This document shows, one piece after another, positions 13,108-22,692 of a DNA stretch of 64,000 nucleotides. Positions within the stretch are counted from its first letter, which is position 1. Each line of letters starts with the position of its first letter. The stretch is from Candidatus Sericytochromatia bacterium (GTDB lineage Bacteria; Cyanobacteriota; Sericytochromatia; S15B-MN24; VGJW01), in contig JAYKHS010000027.1 of NCBI GenBank assembly GCA_035285865.1, positions 11,229 through 75,228 on the forward strand, in the 5' to 3' direction. Under the pieces are notes generated by a model. It did not search any database and was not told the DNA's origin. It saw nothing but the letters and a program-made list of their open reading frames with translations. The translations under genes and the position numbers were made by a program.

Positions 13108-14531
13108 GGTTTCTGCGGGAGGCCGTGCTTCCCTTGCTGCTGGCCCTGGTCCTTCTGGTCCAGGGCCTTCCGGCCTTGGGATCGACCTTCCAGCTTCGCA
13201 TCATCAAGGGCGAAACCCGATTCGAGATGGTCGCGGACATGCCCCGCTGGGTGCGCCGCGAGCCCTTGGCGGACGGATTGCGTTGGACCTTCACGGTCCG
13301 GACGCCCCATCAGTACCGCATCGACAAGATGCTGACGCGCGGCCCCGTCAGACTGGTGACGCTGTTCCACAAGGGGCGCACCCTGCTGGTGGACATCCAT
13401 TGGCGCTTCCCGATGCCCGAACTCGTGCCCACGGTGACGGAGCATGGCATCGCGTTCGTCATCCCGCGGGCGGTGACCCGCGGATCGACCATCGAACTGG
13501 CCCAAGGCCTCCAGTACCAGCGCATCTCGCGATGGACGGACGCTGGCCCCCTGACGATGCACTTCCTGCGGGCCCACCTCGGGCGAGTCACTGTCACTCC
13601 TGTTCCGGCCTATCGCTCGACGTTCCGCGGTCTCGACACCCTGTCCCGCATTGTCCAACGTCGCGGTGCTCTCGCCGGGGTCAACGGCAGCTTCTTTTCG
13701 CCGCGCGCACAGGCTCCCATCGGCCTGCTCTTCAGCCATGGGGAGATCCTGTCGGGTTCTTTCTTCAACCGCTCGGTCTTCGGCATCCGCCGCGACGGCA
13801 CCTGCTTCACCAGCCAGGCCAAGATGTTCGTGGCCATCGGCGACGACAGCGGCAAGGTCTGGACGGCCCAGGCCGTCAACCGTCCTGCCTTGAAGGGCGG
13901 TATCACGCTTTACACACCCCACTGGGGTCCCCGCACGGGAACCCGGCCCGACCCCAGCCGCCGCGAGTGGTCCATCTCGCGGGAAGGCGAGGTCCTCAAG
14001 GTCACGACCGGCAACTCCTTCATCCCCCGCGAGGGGCACGTCATCTCGGTGCAGGGCAAGGGCATCTACGAGATGCGCAATCGGCTGACGCAAGGCACCA
14101 GCGTGGTGGTCTACGCCAAGCTGGCCGGGCGTTTCGCGGGTGCGTGGCACGCCATCGCGGCGGGACCGACCCTGCTCGAGAACGGGCAGGTCCGGGTGAC
14201 GGCGCGAGAAGAGCGACTGCCGGCAGACATCGCCCGCGGACGGGCAGCACGAACCGCCGTCGGCTACATGGGTGGCCAGGAGATCCTGCTGGCTGCGGTC
14301 GATGACCGCAAGGGGCTGTCGGTCGGGATGACCCTGTATGAACTGGCCCGCCTGATGCGCGAAGCCGGCTGCAAGGACGCCGTGAACCTCGACGGCGGAC
14401 CTTCCACCACCATGGCCATTCGGCAACGCGTGATGAACAACCCGCGCGACGGCAAGGAACGCCCCATCCACAATGCGCTGCTCATCTACCCCCACGAAGC
14501 GGCACCCAGCGATGGTGACGCAATTCCTTGA
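13104..14531 (+). CDS. Secreted phosphodiester glycosidase (NAGPA/DUF2233) family protein
   Basis: Signal peptide; AGVNGSFF, AGPTLL, ARTAVG, AVNLDGGPSTTM, ERPIHNAL. Confidence 0.85.
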   Translation: MRFLREAVLPLLLALVLLVQGLPALGSTFQLRIIKGETRFEMVADMPRWVRREPLADGLRWTFTVRTPHQYRIDKMLTRGPVRLVTLFHKGRTLLVDIHWRFPMPELVPTVTEHGIAFVIPRAVTRGSTIELAQGLQYQRISRWTDAGPLTMHFLRAHLGRVTVTPVPAYRSTFRGLDTLSRIVQRRGALAGVNGSFFSPRAQAPIGLLFSHGEILSGSFFNRSVFGIRRDGTCFTSQAKMFVAIGDDSGKVWTAQAVNRPALKGGITLYTPHWGPRTGTRPDPSRREWSISREGEVLKVTTGNSFIPREGHVISVQGKGIYEMRNRLTQGTSVVVYAKLAGRFAGAWHAIAAGPTLLENGQVRVTAREERLPADIARGRAARTAVGYMGGQEILLAAVDDRKGLSVGMTLYELARLMREAGCKDAVNLDGGPSTTMAIRQRVMNNPRDGKERPIHNALLIYPHEAAPSDGDAIP

Positions 14532-14562
14532 GGACCGCGCGCCCGGATGCCACACTGGCCCC

Positions 14563-15372
14563 GTGCGTGAACCTGCCGAACTCGTGGCGCGCCTCTCCCG
14601 GCGCTGCGCCGTCTGGCCTTCCGCCCTCGTGGCCCTCTCCGGCGGGGTGGACAGCGCCGTGGTGCTAGCCATTGCCGCAAGTGTGCTGCCGGCCCGGGTC
14701 CACGCCGTCACCAGCCACGCTCCCTCCGTGGCCCCGGCCGAAGTCGCCGCGGCACGGTCCGTGGCCGAGCGCCTCGGGGTTACCCACCATCTGGTCGATC
14801 CCGGCGAGATGAACAACCCGGCCTATGTCGCAAACGATCGCCGGCGCTGCTTTCACTGCAAGGACGCCCTGTACGGCAGCCTGCGCAGACTTGCGGACGA
14901 GTTGGGTGTCAGCGTCGTGGCGAATGGCGTGCACGCCGACGACCCGGGTGACGACCGCCCGGGCCTTGAAGCCGCCGCCTTGCATGGAGTTGCCAGCCCA
15001 CTGCTCGACGAAGGCCTGACCAAAGACGAGGTCAGGGCCGTGGCCCGGCACCTGGGCCTGCCCGTCTGGAATCGCCCCGCAGATGCTTGCCTTGCCTCCC
15101 GCCTGCCTCACGGCACGAGCGTCACGCTCGAACGCCTGGACCGGGTCGGCCAGGCCGAGGCCGCCCTGGCGGCACTCGGGCTCTCGGGACACCGGGTGCG
15201 GGACCACGACGCACTCGCCCGCATCGAGGTCCTAGCGGAGGCCTTCGGCTGGGTGCTGGATCACCGGGAGGCAATTCATGCGGCCGTGGTCGCGGCAGGG
15301 TACCGGGACGTGACGTTGGACCTTGCCGGCTACCGGCCCATGGGCACACAAGCGGAGACGCGGCCTTCATGA
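14563..15372 (+). CDS. larE: ATP-dependent sacrificial sulfur transferase LarE
   Basis: PP-loop ALSGGVDSAV, RCFHCK, DDRPGLEAA, ACLASRLPHG; start uncertain. Confidence 0.9.
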   Translation: MREPAELVARLSRRCAVWPSALVALSGGVDSAVVLAIAASVLPARVHAVTSHAPSVAPAEVAAARSVAERLGVTHHLVDPGEMNNPAYVANDRRRCFHCKDALYGSLRRLADELGVSVVANGVHADDPGDDRPGLEAAALHGVASPLLDEGLTKDEVRAVARHLGLPVWNRPADACLASRLPHGTSVTLERLDRVGQAEAALAALGLSGHRVRDHDALARIEVLAEAFGWVLDHREAIHAAVVAAGYRDVTLDLAGYRPMGTQAETRPS

Positions 15373-16127
15373 GCCTCGACCGACGGCAGGTCACGGACCT
15401 GCTTAACGCCGTGGCAGAAGGCCGACTGGCTGTCCGTGACGCACTCGAGCACCTGGCGGTCATGCCGGTCCAACAGGCCGGTGATGCCCTGCTCGACACC
15501 CACCGTGCCCTCCGCACGGGATTTCCCGAAGTGGTTTACGGTGCCGGCAAGACACCCGCGCAAATCGAAGCCATCGTCGCGCGTCGGCTCGGCGACGGCC
15601 TGCCCTTGCTCGTGACCCGCATCGACGGCGGAATCGGCCGCGATCTGGCCTCACGCTATCCGGGCCTGGTGCATCGGGCCGAGACCGCCCTGTTGCATGG
15701 TCCGATGCCCGAAGCCCCCGCCCGAGGCCCCGTAGCCGTGGTTTCGGCCGGGACCTCGGATCTTCCGGTGGCGGAGGAAGCGGCCATCACGCTCGAACTG
15801 CACGGTGTCCGCGTGACTCGTGTGGCCGATGTCGGCGTGACGGGCCTGCACCGCGTGCTGGGCGCGCTGCCAGTCCTGCGCGAGGCCGTGGCGCTGGTCG
15901 TCGTGGCCGGCATGGAAGCTGCCTTGGCCTCGGTGGTCGCAGGCCTGGTCGCCCGCCCCGTCATTGCAGTGCCCACCAGCGTGGGTTATGGCGCCCACTT
16001 CGGCGGCCTCGCTGCGCTGCTGGGCATGCTGAACGCGTGCGCCCCGGGCGTCGGAGTCGTCAACATCGACAACGGCTTCGGGGCCGGCATGCTGGCCGCG
16101 ATGGTGGCCGACGGGTATCCGTTGTGA
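15369..16127 (+). CDS. larB: Nickel-pincer cofactor biosynthesis protein LarB
   Basis: DTHRALRTGFPEVVYGAGKT, SAGTSDLPVAEEA, VVAGMEAAL, VPTSVGYG, VVNIDNGFGA. Confidence 0.93.
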   Translation: MSLDRRQVTDLLNAVAEGRLAVRDALEHLAVMPVQQAGDALLDTHRALRTGFPEVVYGAGKTPAQIEAIVARRLGDGLPLLVTRIDGGIGRDLASRYPGLVHRAETALLHGPMPEAPARGPVAVVSAGTSDLPVAEEAAITLELHGVRVTRVADVGVTGLHRVLGALPVLREAVALVVVAGMEAALASVVAGLVARPVIAVPTSVGYGAHFGGLAALLGMLNACAPGVGVVNIDNGFGAGMLAAMVADGYPL

Positions 16128-17344
16128 AGATCGCCTACCTCGACGCGATGAACGGTGCCGCCGGCGACATGCTCGTGGCGGCAGCGATCGACGCCGGTGC
16201 GAATCTGGAAAAACTCCGAGCGGATCTGGAAGGACTCGGACTCGGGCCGATCGGGCTGCGCACGGAGCGCCGGCAAGAGCACGGGATGGTGGCCACGCGC
16301 TTCGTCGTGGAGGTACCGGACGCCCAACCCGAGCGTCATCTGCGCGACGTGCTGGCCATCCTGGTCCGGTCGGGCCTCGACCGCGCGCTCGTCGCACGCG
16401 CCTCGCGGGTCTTCCATCGTCTGGCCGTGGCCGAAGCACGCGTCCATGGCACCACCCCGGACGAGGTGCATTTCCATGAGGTCGGGGCAGTGGATGCCAT
16501 CGTGGATGTCGTGGCCTTTGTGCTGGCCCTCGACCAACTGGGCATCGAGAAACTGGTCTCCTCCCCGCTGCCCCTGGGGTCTGGAACCGTCACCTGCGCC
16601 CATGGCGTCATGCCGGTGCCCGTGCCTGCCGTCGTGGCCTTGCTCGAGGGCCTGCCCACCACGGACAATGGCGAGGAGGGCGAATTGGTCACGCCGACCG
16701 GTGCTGCCCTGCTCGCGACCCTTGCGGAAGACTGGGGCAGGCGACCTGCCATGCGCCTGCTGGCCAGCGGCACGGGGGCCGGCTCGCGCAGCGGTCGCCG
16801 TATCCCGAACGTCTGCCGCCTCCTCATCGGCGAGACGGACCCCGTGCCGGCCGCTCCCCCGGAACAGCCGGGGGCGGCAAGACCAGAGCGCGATGAGGAG
16901 CTTGCCGTGCTCGAGACCAACATCGACGACCAGAACCCCCAGTTCTACAGCCACCTGACGGAGCGACTTCTGGAAGCCGGTGCCATCGACGTGTTCATGT
17001 CGGCCATCGTGATGAAGCAGGGCCGGCCGGGCGTGAAGGTCACGGTCCTCGCCCCTCCGGCGTGCCGGCAGGCTTGCGAGGAACTGATCCTGACCGAGAC
17101 GACGTCCCTGGGTGTCCGCAGCTACACCGTCCGCCGCAGGGCGCTTGCCCGGGAGATCATGACGATCGAGACCGACTATGGCCCCATCCGCGTCAAGGTG
17201 GCCCGCCACCTCGGCCAAGTGGCCAGCGTCAGCCCCGAGTACCGGGACTGCGTAGCCGCGGCAAAGGCAAAAGCCATTCCCCTGAAGCAGGTCTGGCAGG
17301 CAACCCTCGCTAAGGCGCTCCAGCTGCCCGCCCTCGAAGGCTGA
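16124..17344 (+). CDS. larC: Nickel insertion protein LarC
   Basis: GAAGDML, VHFHEVGAVDAIVD, CAHGVMPVPVPA, ELVTPTGAA, ETNIDD, MKQGRPG, PEYRDC. Confidence 0.93.
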   Translation: MKIAYLDAMNGAAGDMLVAAAIDAGANLEKLRADLEGLGLGPIGLRTERRQEHGMVATRFVVEVPDAQPERHLRDVLAILVRSGLDRALVARASRVFHRLAVAEARVHGTTPDEVHFHEVGAVDAIVDVVAFVLALDQLGIEKLVSSPLPLGSGTVTCAHGVMPVPVPAVVALLEGLPTTDNGEEGELVTPTGAALLATLAEDWGRRPAMRLLASGTGAGSRSGRRIPNVCRLLIGETDPVPAAPPEQPGAARPERDEELAVLETNIDDQNPQFYSHLTERLLEAGAIDVFMSAIVMKQGRPGVKVTVLAPPACRQACEELILTETTSLGVRSYTVRRRALAREIMTIETDYGPIRVKVARHLGQVASVSPEYRDCVAAAKAKAIPLKQVWQATLAKALQLPALEG

Positions 17345-17404
17345 CCCGTCCGGCTGGCGCGTCCGGCTGGTGCGGTCGCTGCCCGCGCGGGTTATGATGC
17401 CGGC

Positions 17405-17929
17405 ATGGTCGAAATGAAGGTGTCCGGGATCATCCTCGAGCCGAAGTCCCGCAGCCCGATCGTCGTGCTCAAGGACATCGCCGAGAAGCGAGCCCTCCTC
17501 ATCTGGGTCGGCGAGCCCGAGGCCAACGCCATCCTGATGGGCCTCGAGCAAGTCGAGACTCCGCGTCCCCTCACGCACGACCTGTTCCTCGCCACGGTCA
17601 CCGAACTGGGCGCAACCTTGCGGGAAGTGGCCATCCTGGCGATGCGGGAAAAGACCTTCTTCGCGGAGCTCGTGCTCGAGACCCGACAAGGCGAGCACCG
17701 CATCGACGCCCGCCCCTCCGACGCCCTTGCCATGGCACTCCGCGCCGAGGCGCCCATCCGGGTGGCCGAGGAAGTCCTCGAGGAATCCGGAATCCCCATC
17801 CGGCAGGAAGGCGAGGAAGGTGCCCCGGCTGCACGCAAGGACGATGAGGACTTCCGACGCTTCCTCGAGAACGTCAAACCCAGCGACTTTTCGCGCCTGG
17901 GCGGGGGTGACCTGCCCGGCGAATCCTGA
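17405..17929 (+). CDS. Bifunctional nuclease (DUF151) family protein
   Basis: LIWVGEPEANAI, PRPLTHDL, IDARPSDALAMALR, FLENVKPSDF. Confidence 0.9.
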   Translation: MVEMKVSGIILEPKSRSPIVVLKDIAEKRALLIWVGEPEANAILMGLEQVETPRPLTHDLFLATVTELGATLREVAILAMREKTFFAELVLETRQGEHRIDARPSDALAMALRAEAPIRVAEEVLEESGIPIRQEGEEGAPAARKDDEDFRRFLENVKPSDFSRLGGGDLPGES

Positions 17930-17962
17930 GCCGGATGGCCGGGCGTGCGTCCCGGACAGGCT

Positions 17963-18598
17963 TCACGCGGTGACGGGCGTCTCGGGCAATCCAGACAACA
18001 CCGGCAGGATGCGCCCGCTCAACTCGCCGGCTTCCGTCCGCCAAGCCTCCGCGGCCGATTCTGCGGCAGCTCGGGCGGGCATCTCGACGGAATCCGTCAG
18101 CGCCTCCGTGACGACACCGACGAGACGCGCTGCGAGGCGCGCTTCACCCAGACACTGGGGATGTCCGTATCGCAGGACACGATCCACCAGCATCGCCAGT
18201 TCGACCCCGATTTCGAGCATCGCGAGAGGAAGGCGCGCCCATCCCTGCAAGGCCACATCGACGCAACTATGCCGGATGGAGACCTCTTCGGCGGTGGTGG
18301 ACGGAAGAACCAGCGCCTGGGATAGCCGCAACTGCGCCTGGGCGTCCTGATCAGCCAATGCAAGTAGACGGTCGCCTAGGGAACGGGCACGCTCGGCATC
18401 CCGATCCATCTCCTCGACCATCGCCTCGTAGCCGGGCTGCCGCGCCGTGGTCCTGGCCGAACGCGCCATCAGGGAGGCGGCGGATGCGAGCAGGAGGGCC
18501 GCGGTACCCGGCACCCCGGGCCCGTGGGGCTCGGCGATCTCGGCGATCACGTCGGCGGCTACGTGCTGGCGCAGCGGCAGGAAAACTGGAGCGTCCAC
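17963..18598 (-). CDS. Cyclodeaminase/cyclohydrolase (FTCD C-terminal) family protein, divergent
   Basis: All-helical ORF with LLALADQDAQA...LVLPSTTAEE...R...ALQG and YGHPQCLGEA; GTG start inferred from a TATCAT 6 nt upstream. Confidence 0.65.
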   Translation of the reverse strand: MDAPVFLPLRQHVAADVIAEIAEPHGPGVPGTAALLLASAASLMARSARTTARQPGYEAMVEEMDRDAERARSLGDRLLALADQDAQAQLRLSQALVLPSTTAEEVSIRHSCVDVALQGWARLPLAMLEIGVELAMLVDRVLRYGHPQCLGEARLAARLVGVVTEALTDSVEMPARAAAESAAEAWRTEAGELSGRILPVLSGLPETPVTA

Positions 18599-18763
18599 CT
18601 GCGCATGATAACCCGGCCCGCAGGCTCCTTGCCGATTGACGGGCCAAGGGGCATCATGGCGCATCCGCAGGTCGCGGAACCCGCAAGACCTGTGCGACGT
18701 CCCCTCATCGCATCCCCCGTCGGTGCAACGGCACCGGTCCAAGCAAGAGGAATCGTTCCCGAG

Positions 18764-19531
18764 ATGTCCCAGAAGAAGCTTTACGTCGCCGCCATCGTGG
18801 CGGGCACCGCCGCGCTGGCCGGTTGCGACCTGTCCGGTGGGCTGCCCAGCGGCACCATCGCGACGGCGACCCCCACTCCGGCGCCCAACGCTTCCGCGAC
18901 GCCGATCGCCTTCGCCGGTTTCCCCAGCAACGCCACCCTGACGGGTCGGGTCACCTTCAACGGCGGAGCGCCTGGCGTCATCGACCTCGAGTACAAGACC
19001 CCCGGCGGCAACCGCTCGCCGGTAACGGCCAAGACAGACGCCAACGGTTACTTTAGCTGGGACAATATCGCTGAAGGGACCGCTGTCCAAGTCATCTGGG
19101 ATGATGGCAACAAGTCTGCCGTGACTACGTCAGACTTTAACGTGCCGGGGATATTCGTCTCCGATGCTGTTCAGGCCAAAGCCAGCCCAGACAAAATGAA
19201 CCCAATGGTTAAGATGGACATCCAGTGGCAGCCTAATCCTTCACCGGCAATCGGCACGTCCGCCAATGGCACCTTCGGCTTCTCGGCAGTAATCGCAAAT
19301 CTCGACGCCAAATATCAAGTCTCGATTTTTGGCACCGACAAGAAGGCGAAGTTCACTGTAGACATCCCATCGGGTGCGACGAGCGTCAATCTCTCGGGGA
19401 ACTCAAACTATATTGGGTTGCCCACCGGCGACTACTTCTACCAGATTAAGTTCTTCAAGAATGATTCGTCTGCATCGTTCGGAGGGTCGAACTTCTACGG
19501 GTCTACCAAGTACATCCCCTTCAAGAAGTAG
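18764..19531 (+). CDS. Lipoprotein of unknown function, beta-rich
   Basis: MSQKKLYVAAIVAGTAALAG-C lipobox, Thr/Pro linker, beta-strand-like body. Confidence 0.8.
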   Translation: MSQKKLYVAAIVAGTAALAGCDLSGGLPSGTIATATPTPAPNASATPIAFAGFPSNATLTGRVTFNGGAPGVIDLEYKTPGGNRSPVTAKTDANGYFSWDNIAEGTAVQVIWDDGNKSAVTTSDFNVPGIFVSDAVQAKASPDKMNPMVKMDIQWQPNPSPAIGTSANGTFGFSAVIANLDAKYQVSIFGTDKKAKFTVDIPSGATSVNLSGNSNYIGLPTGDYFYQIKFFKNDSSASFGGSNFYGSTKYIPFKK

Positions 19532-19545
19532 TCCTGCCATCCCCC

Positions 19546-19576
19546 GCGGCCCCTCGCCCACAAGGCGGGGGGCCGT
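19546..19576 (+). terminator. GC-rich hairpin after the lipoprotein gene
   Basis: GCGGCCCCTCGCC-CACAA-GGCGGGGGGCCGT; no U-tract. Confidence 0.45.
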
Positions 19577-19597
19577 GGCTCTCGGACCCTGAACACC

Positions 19598-20380
19598 GTG
19601 CCCCCAATCAAGATAGCCACCTGGAACGTCAACGGCATCCGCGCCGTCACCCGCAACGGCTTCGCCGGCTGGCTGGCAACCGAGGCCCCGGACGTGCTGT
19701 GCCTTCAGGAGGTCCGGGCCCTGCCGGATCAGGTTCCTGCAGAGGCCACGGCCGAAGCAGGCTGGCATCGCACGTGGCACGCCGCCGAGCGCAAGGGGTA
19801 CAGCGGCGTGGCGACGTGGACGCGCACGCTCTGGCCGACCCACACGGGTCTCGGCGAAGCACGCTTCGACACCGAGGGCCGCGCCATCTGGACCGACCTG
19901 CCGGATGGCATCCGCCTGCTGAACGTGTATGTGCCCAATGGCGGCCGAGACCTTGAGCGCGTGCCCTACAAACTCGACTTCTACGCCGCCATGCTCGCCG
20001 AGATCCAGGCCGGCCATGCCCGTGGCGAACGCTTCATCATCTGCGGCGACTGGAACACGGCCCATCAGCCCATCGACCTCGCCAACCCGAAGGCCAACCA
20101 AGGCACGACAGGCTTCTTGCCCGAAGAGCGGGCGTGGGTGGACCGCTTCCTGACCGAGGGCGACCTCGTCGACCCGTTCCGAGACCGGCACCCCGGTGAG
20201 TCAGGCCACTACACATGGTGGAGCAACCGGCCCGGTGTCCGCGATCGGAACATCGGGTGGCGCATCGACTACTTCCTGGTCTCCCGGACGCTGGCCCCGC
20301 AGGTCCTCGACGTCGCGCACCGCCCCGACGTCAAGGGATCGGACCACTGTCCGGTGGTGTTGACCATCGGCCCAGGCTGA
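19598..20380 (+). CDS. xth: Exodeoxyribonuclease III
   Basis: KIATWNVNGIRA, LCLQE, KGYSGVA, NVYVPNG, GDWNTAH, YTWWS, GWRIDYF, GSDHCP. Confidence 0.95.
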   Translation: MPPIKIATWNVNGIRAVTRNGFAGWLATEAPDVLCLQEVRALPDQVPAEATAEAGWHRTWHAAERKGYSGVATWTRTLWPTHTGLGEARFDTEGRAIWTDLPDGIRLLNVYVPNGGRDLERVPYKLDFYAAMLAEIQAGHARGERFIICGDWNTAHQPIDLANPKANQGTTGFLPEERAWVDRFLTEGDLVDPFRDRHPGESGHYTWWSNRPGVRDRNIGWRIDYFLVSRTLAPQVLDVAHRPDVKGSDHCPVVLTIGPG

Positions 20381-21059
20381 CGCCGAGGTCCACGACTCGC
20401 GCCATGTCCGCAGGGCCCGTCACCTTGAGATTGGCGGGGTCTCCCGGAACCACCGCCACCCCGTGTCCGGCAAACTCGAGCAGCGACGCCTCGTCCGTGG
20501 GCGCGAACGCCAGGCCTTCGGCCTTGGCATAGGCCTGCCGCAACAGATCCGCCCGGACGATCTGGGGGGTCTGCACCTGCCACAGGTCCTCACGAGGCAC
20601 GGTGGCCGCGACCATGTCCGTGCCCGAATGAAGGCGCTTCACCGTATCGACCAGTGGACAACCGGGGATGGCCGCCCCCGTCTCGAGTGCGCGGGCAAGC
20701 ACGGCCGCGACAATCACCCCGGAAGCCAGGGGACGCGCCGCATCGTGCACCGCCAGCCAGTCCGCGCCTGCATCCAGGGCGGCAAGCATCCCGGAGCGCA
20801 CCGAATCTGCGCGCGTGGCCCCTCCGATGGCCCAAACCAAGGGCCACGGCCAATCCGCTTCCGCCAGCACCCCCTGAAGCGCCGGCTGGTCGTCGACCGC
20901 GTACACGACGACGACGCCCGCCACCATCGGCCACGTCGCGATGGCCTCCAAGGTCCGCACGAGCATGGGGCGACCAGCGAGCGGGGCCAGGGCCTTGTTG
21001 AACCCCAGCCCCATGCGCGTCCCCGAACCCGCGGCCGGCACGATGGCCCAGAGCCGCAT
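20331..21059 (-). CDS. ispD: 2-C-methyl-D-erythritol 4-phosphate cytidylyltransferase
   Basis: IVPAAGSGTRMG, GGATRADSV, VHDAARP, DTVK, VQTPQ, TDEASL, NLKVT. Confidence 0.95.
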   Translation of the reverse strand: MRLWAIVPAAGSGTRMGLGFNKALAPLAGRPMLVRTLEAIATWPMVAGVVVVYAVDDQPALQGVLAEADWPWPLVWAIGGATRADSVRSGMLAALDAGADWLAVHDAARPLASGVIVAAVLARALETGAAIPGCPLVDTVKRLHSGTDMVAATVPREDLWQVQTPQIVRADLLRQAYAKAEGLAFAPTDEASLLEFAGHGVAVVPGDPANLKVTGPADMARVVDLGVSLGRWSTPPDSGPIP

Positions 21060-21069
21060 CGCCCAGCCC

Positions 21070-21435
21070 CTACTCGGCCTTGGCTTCGCCCTTGGTGTCG
21101 GCCTTGACCTCGACCTCGATGCGGGTGACGGGCTCCTGGGGGGCCTGCTCACCGGAAGCCTGCCGTGCAGCCTGCTGCCAGAAGGCCATCAGATTCCGCG
21201 CACCCTCCTCGATCTGGCGGGTCGCCTCGGCAACCTGGCGATCGAAGGCGTCTTCCATCTCCTTCATCTTGGCCACGGTGGCCTCATCCTTGACCAGCCC
21301 GTGGACCGTCTCGCGCAGCACGCGTACGCCGACGCCCGCGGTCTCCCTCGCGGCGTCCGCGATGCGCTCGGCGCTCTCGCGGGTCGTCTGCGCCAGCTTT
21401 TCGGCGCTCTGCTTCAGTTCATCCATCTCGGCCAC
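21070..21435 (-). CDS. Small helical hypothetical protein (possibly phasin-like)
   Basis: Strong SD (GAGGAGGA) before GTG 21435; Ala/Glu/Lys-rich helical sequence. Confidence 0.7.
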   Translation of the reverse strand: MAEMDELKQSAEKLAQTTRESAERIADAARETAGVGVRVLRETVHGLVKDEATVAKMKEMEDAFDRQVAEATRQIEEGARNLMAFWQQAARQASGEQAPQEPVTRIEVEVKADTKGEAKAE

Positions 21436-21501
21436 GGGTCGTCCTCCTCGGTCGTCCCCCATCGGGACACCCACCACGTGTCCCAATGGTACACCCCGGC
21501 G

Positions 21502-22686
21502 TCAGACGGCGGCGCCCAGTTCCCGCCAGAATCCATCGCCCACGAGGCTGCCGCCCAGTTCCCAGGCCTGGGCGATCGTCACACCCATGTCCCCGAAGCC
21601 GGCACGGTCTCCGAGCGGACGCCCGGCCACGCCGGGCATGTGGGCGAGGACGGGGATGTACTCGCGCGTGTGATCGGTCGAAACATCCGTCGGGTCGTTG
21701 CCGTGGTCCGCGGTGATCATCAGCAGGTCCCCGTCGCGCAGGCGGGGAAGCAGGTCAGCCAGGTGGCGGTCGAAGGCCTCGAGGGCACCGGCCATGCCCT
21801 TGGGGTCGTTGCGGTGGCCATACATGCTGTCGAAGTCGACCAGGTTCGTGAAGACCAACGAGCCTTCCGGGGCCTCGGCCGCAAGGCGGATGGTCGCGTC
21901 CATCCCCTGGGCGTTGTCAGCCGTATGCACGGACTCGGCGACGCCAACACCCGCGAAGATGTCGTGAATCTTGCCCACGCCGATGACCTTGTGGCCCTTG
22001 GCACCCGCCAGATCCAGCACGGTGGGGCCGGGCGGCAGGACGGAGTAGTCATGGCGCCCCCCCTGGTTGCGGGCCCACTTGCCGGCGCTGCCCGTGAAGG
22101 GTCGTGCGATGACCCGGCCGACCCGCCACGGGCCGTCGAGGATCTCGCGTGCCTTGCGGCAGGCCTCCCAGAGCTCTTCCAGCGGGACCACGTCCTGATG
22201 GGCAGCCAGTTGGAACACCGAATCCCCCGAGGTGTAGAGGATCCACTTGCCAGTCCGCAGATGCTCCTCGGCCAACTCCGTCAGGATCTCGGTGCCCGAC
22301 GCGGGCTTGTTGCCCAGGATGCCGCGCCCGGTGGCCCGAACGAACGCATCGAGCACCTCGGGGGGGAAACCATTCGGAAAAGTGGGGAAAGAAAAGTCGA
22401 GAGGCAGGCCGCACATCTCCCAATGACCCGTCTGGGTGTCCTTGCCCGGCGAACGCTCGGCGAGACGGCCCCATGAGGCCAGAGGTGCGGAGACGGGGGC
22501 CACGCCGGCCACGGGCGTCACGTTGCCCATGCCCAGTCGCTGCAACGTGGGCAGGTTCAGGCCACCCACCACCCGAGCGGTATTGCCGAGCGTGTTGCTG
22601 CCCGTATCCCCGAAGGCCGGGGCATCCGGCAATTCGCCGACTCCCACCCCATCCAGCACGATCCAGAAGACACGTCCGAGCATCAC
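21502..22686 (-). CDS. deoB: Phosphopentomutase
   Basis: IVLDGVGVGELPDA, GKDTQTGHWE, YTSGDSVFQLAAH, NLVDFDSMYGHRND, TADHGNDPT, TDHTRE. Confidence 0.96.
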   Translation of the reverse strand: MMLGRVFWIVLDGVGVGELPDAPAFGDTGSNTLGNTARVVGGLNLPTLQRLGMGNVTPVAGVAPVSAPLASWGRLAERSPGKDTQTGHWEMCGLPLDFSFPTFPNGFPPEVLDAFVRATGRGILGNKPASGTEILTELAEEHLRTGKWILYTSGDSVFQLAAHQDVVPLEELWEACRKAREILDGPWRVGRVIARPFTGSAGKWARNQGGRHDYSVLPPGPTVLDLAGAKGHKVIGVGKIHDIFAGVGVAESVHTADNAQGMDATIRLAAEAPEGSLVFTNLVDFDSMYGHRNDPKGMAGALEAFDRHLADLLPRLRDGDLLMITADHGNDPTDVSTDHTREYIPVLAHMPGVAGRPLGDRAGFGDMGVTIAQAWELGGSLVGDGFWRELGAAV

Positions 22687-22692
22687 GCCCTC

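Noticed and set aside
18764..19531. Diversity-generating retroelement target
   Set aside because: No reverse transcriptase or template repeat seen in the window; the compositional shift spans about 460 nt and largely involves synonymous positions.
20331..20380. 50-nt convergent overlap of xth and ispD as an antisense system
   Set aside because: Short tail overlaps are common in compact GC-rich genomes; a similar one occurs at 56758-56777.
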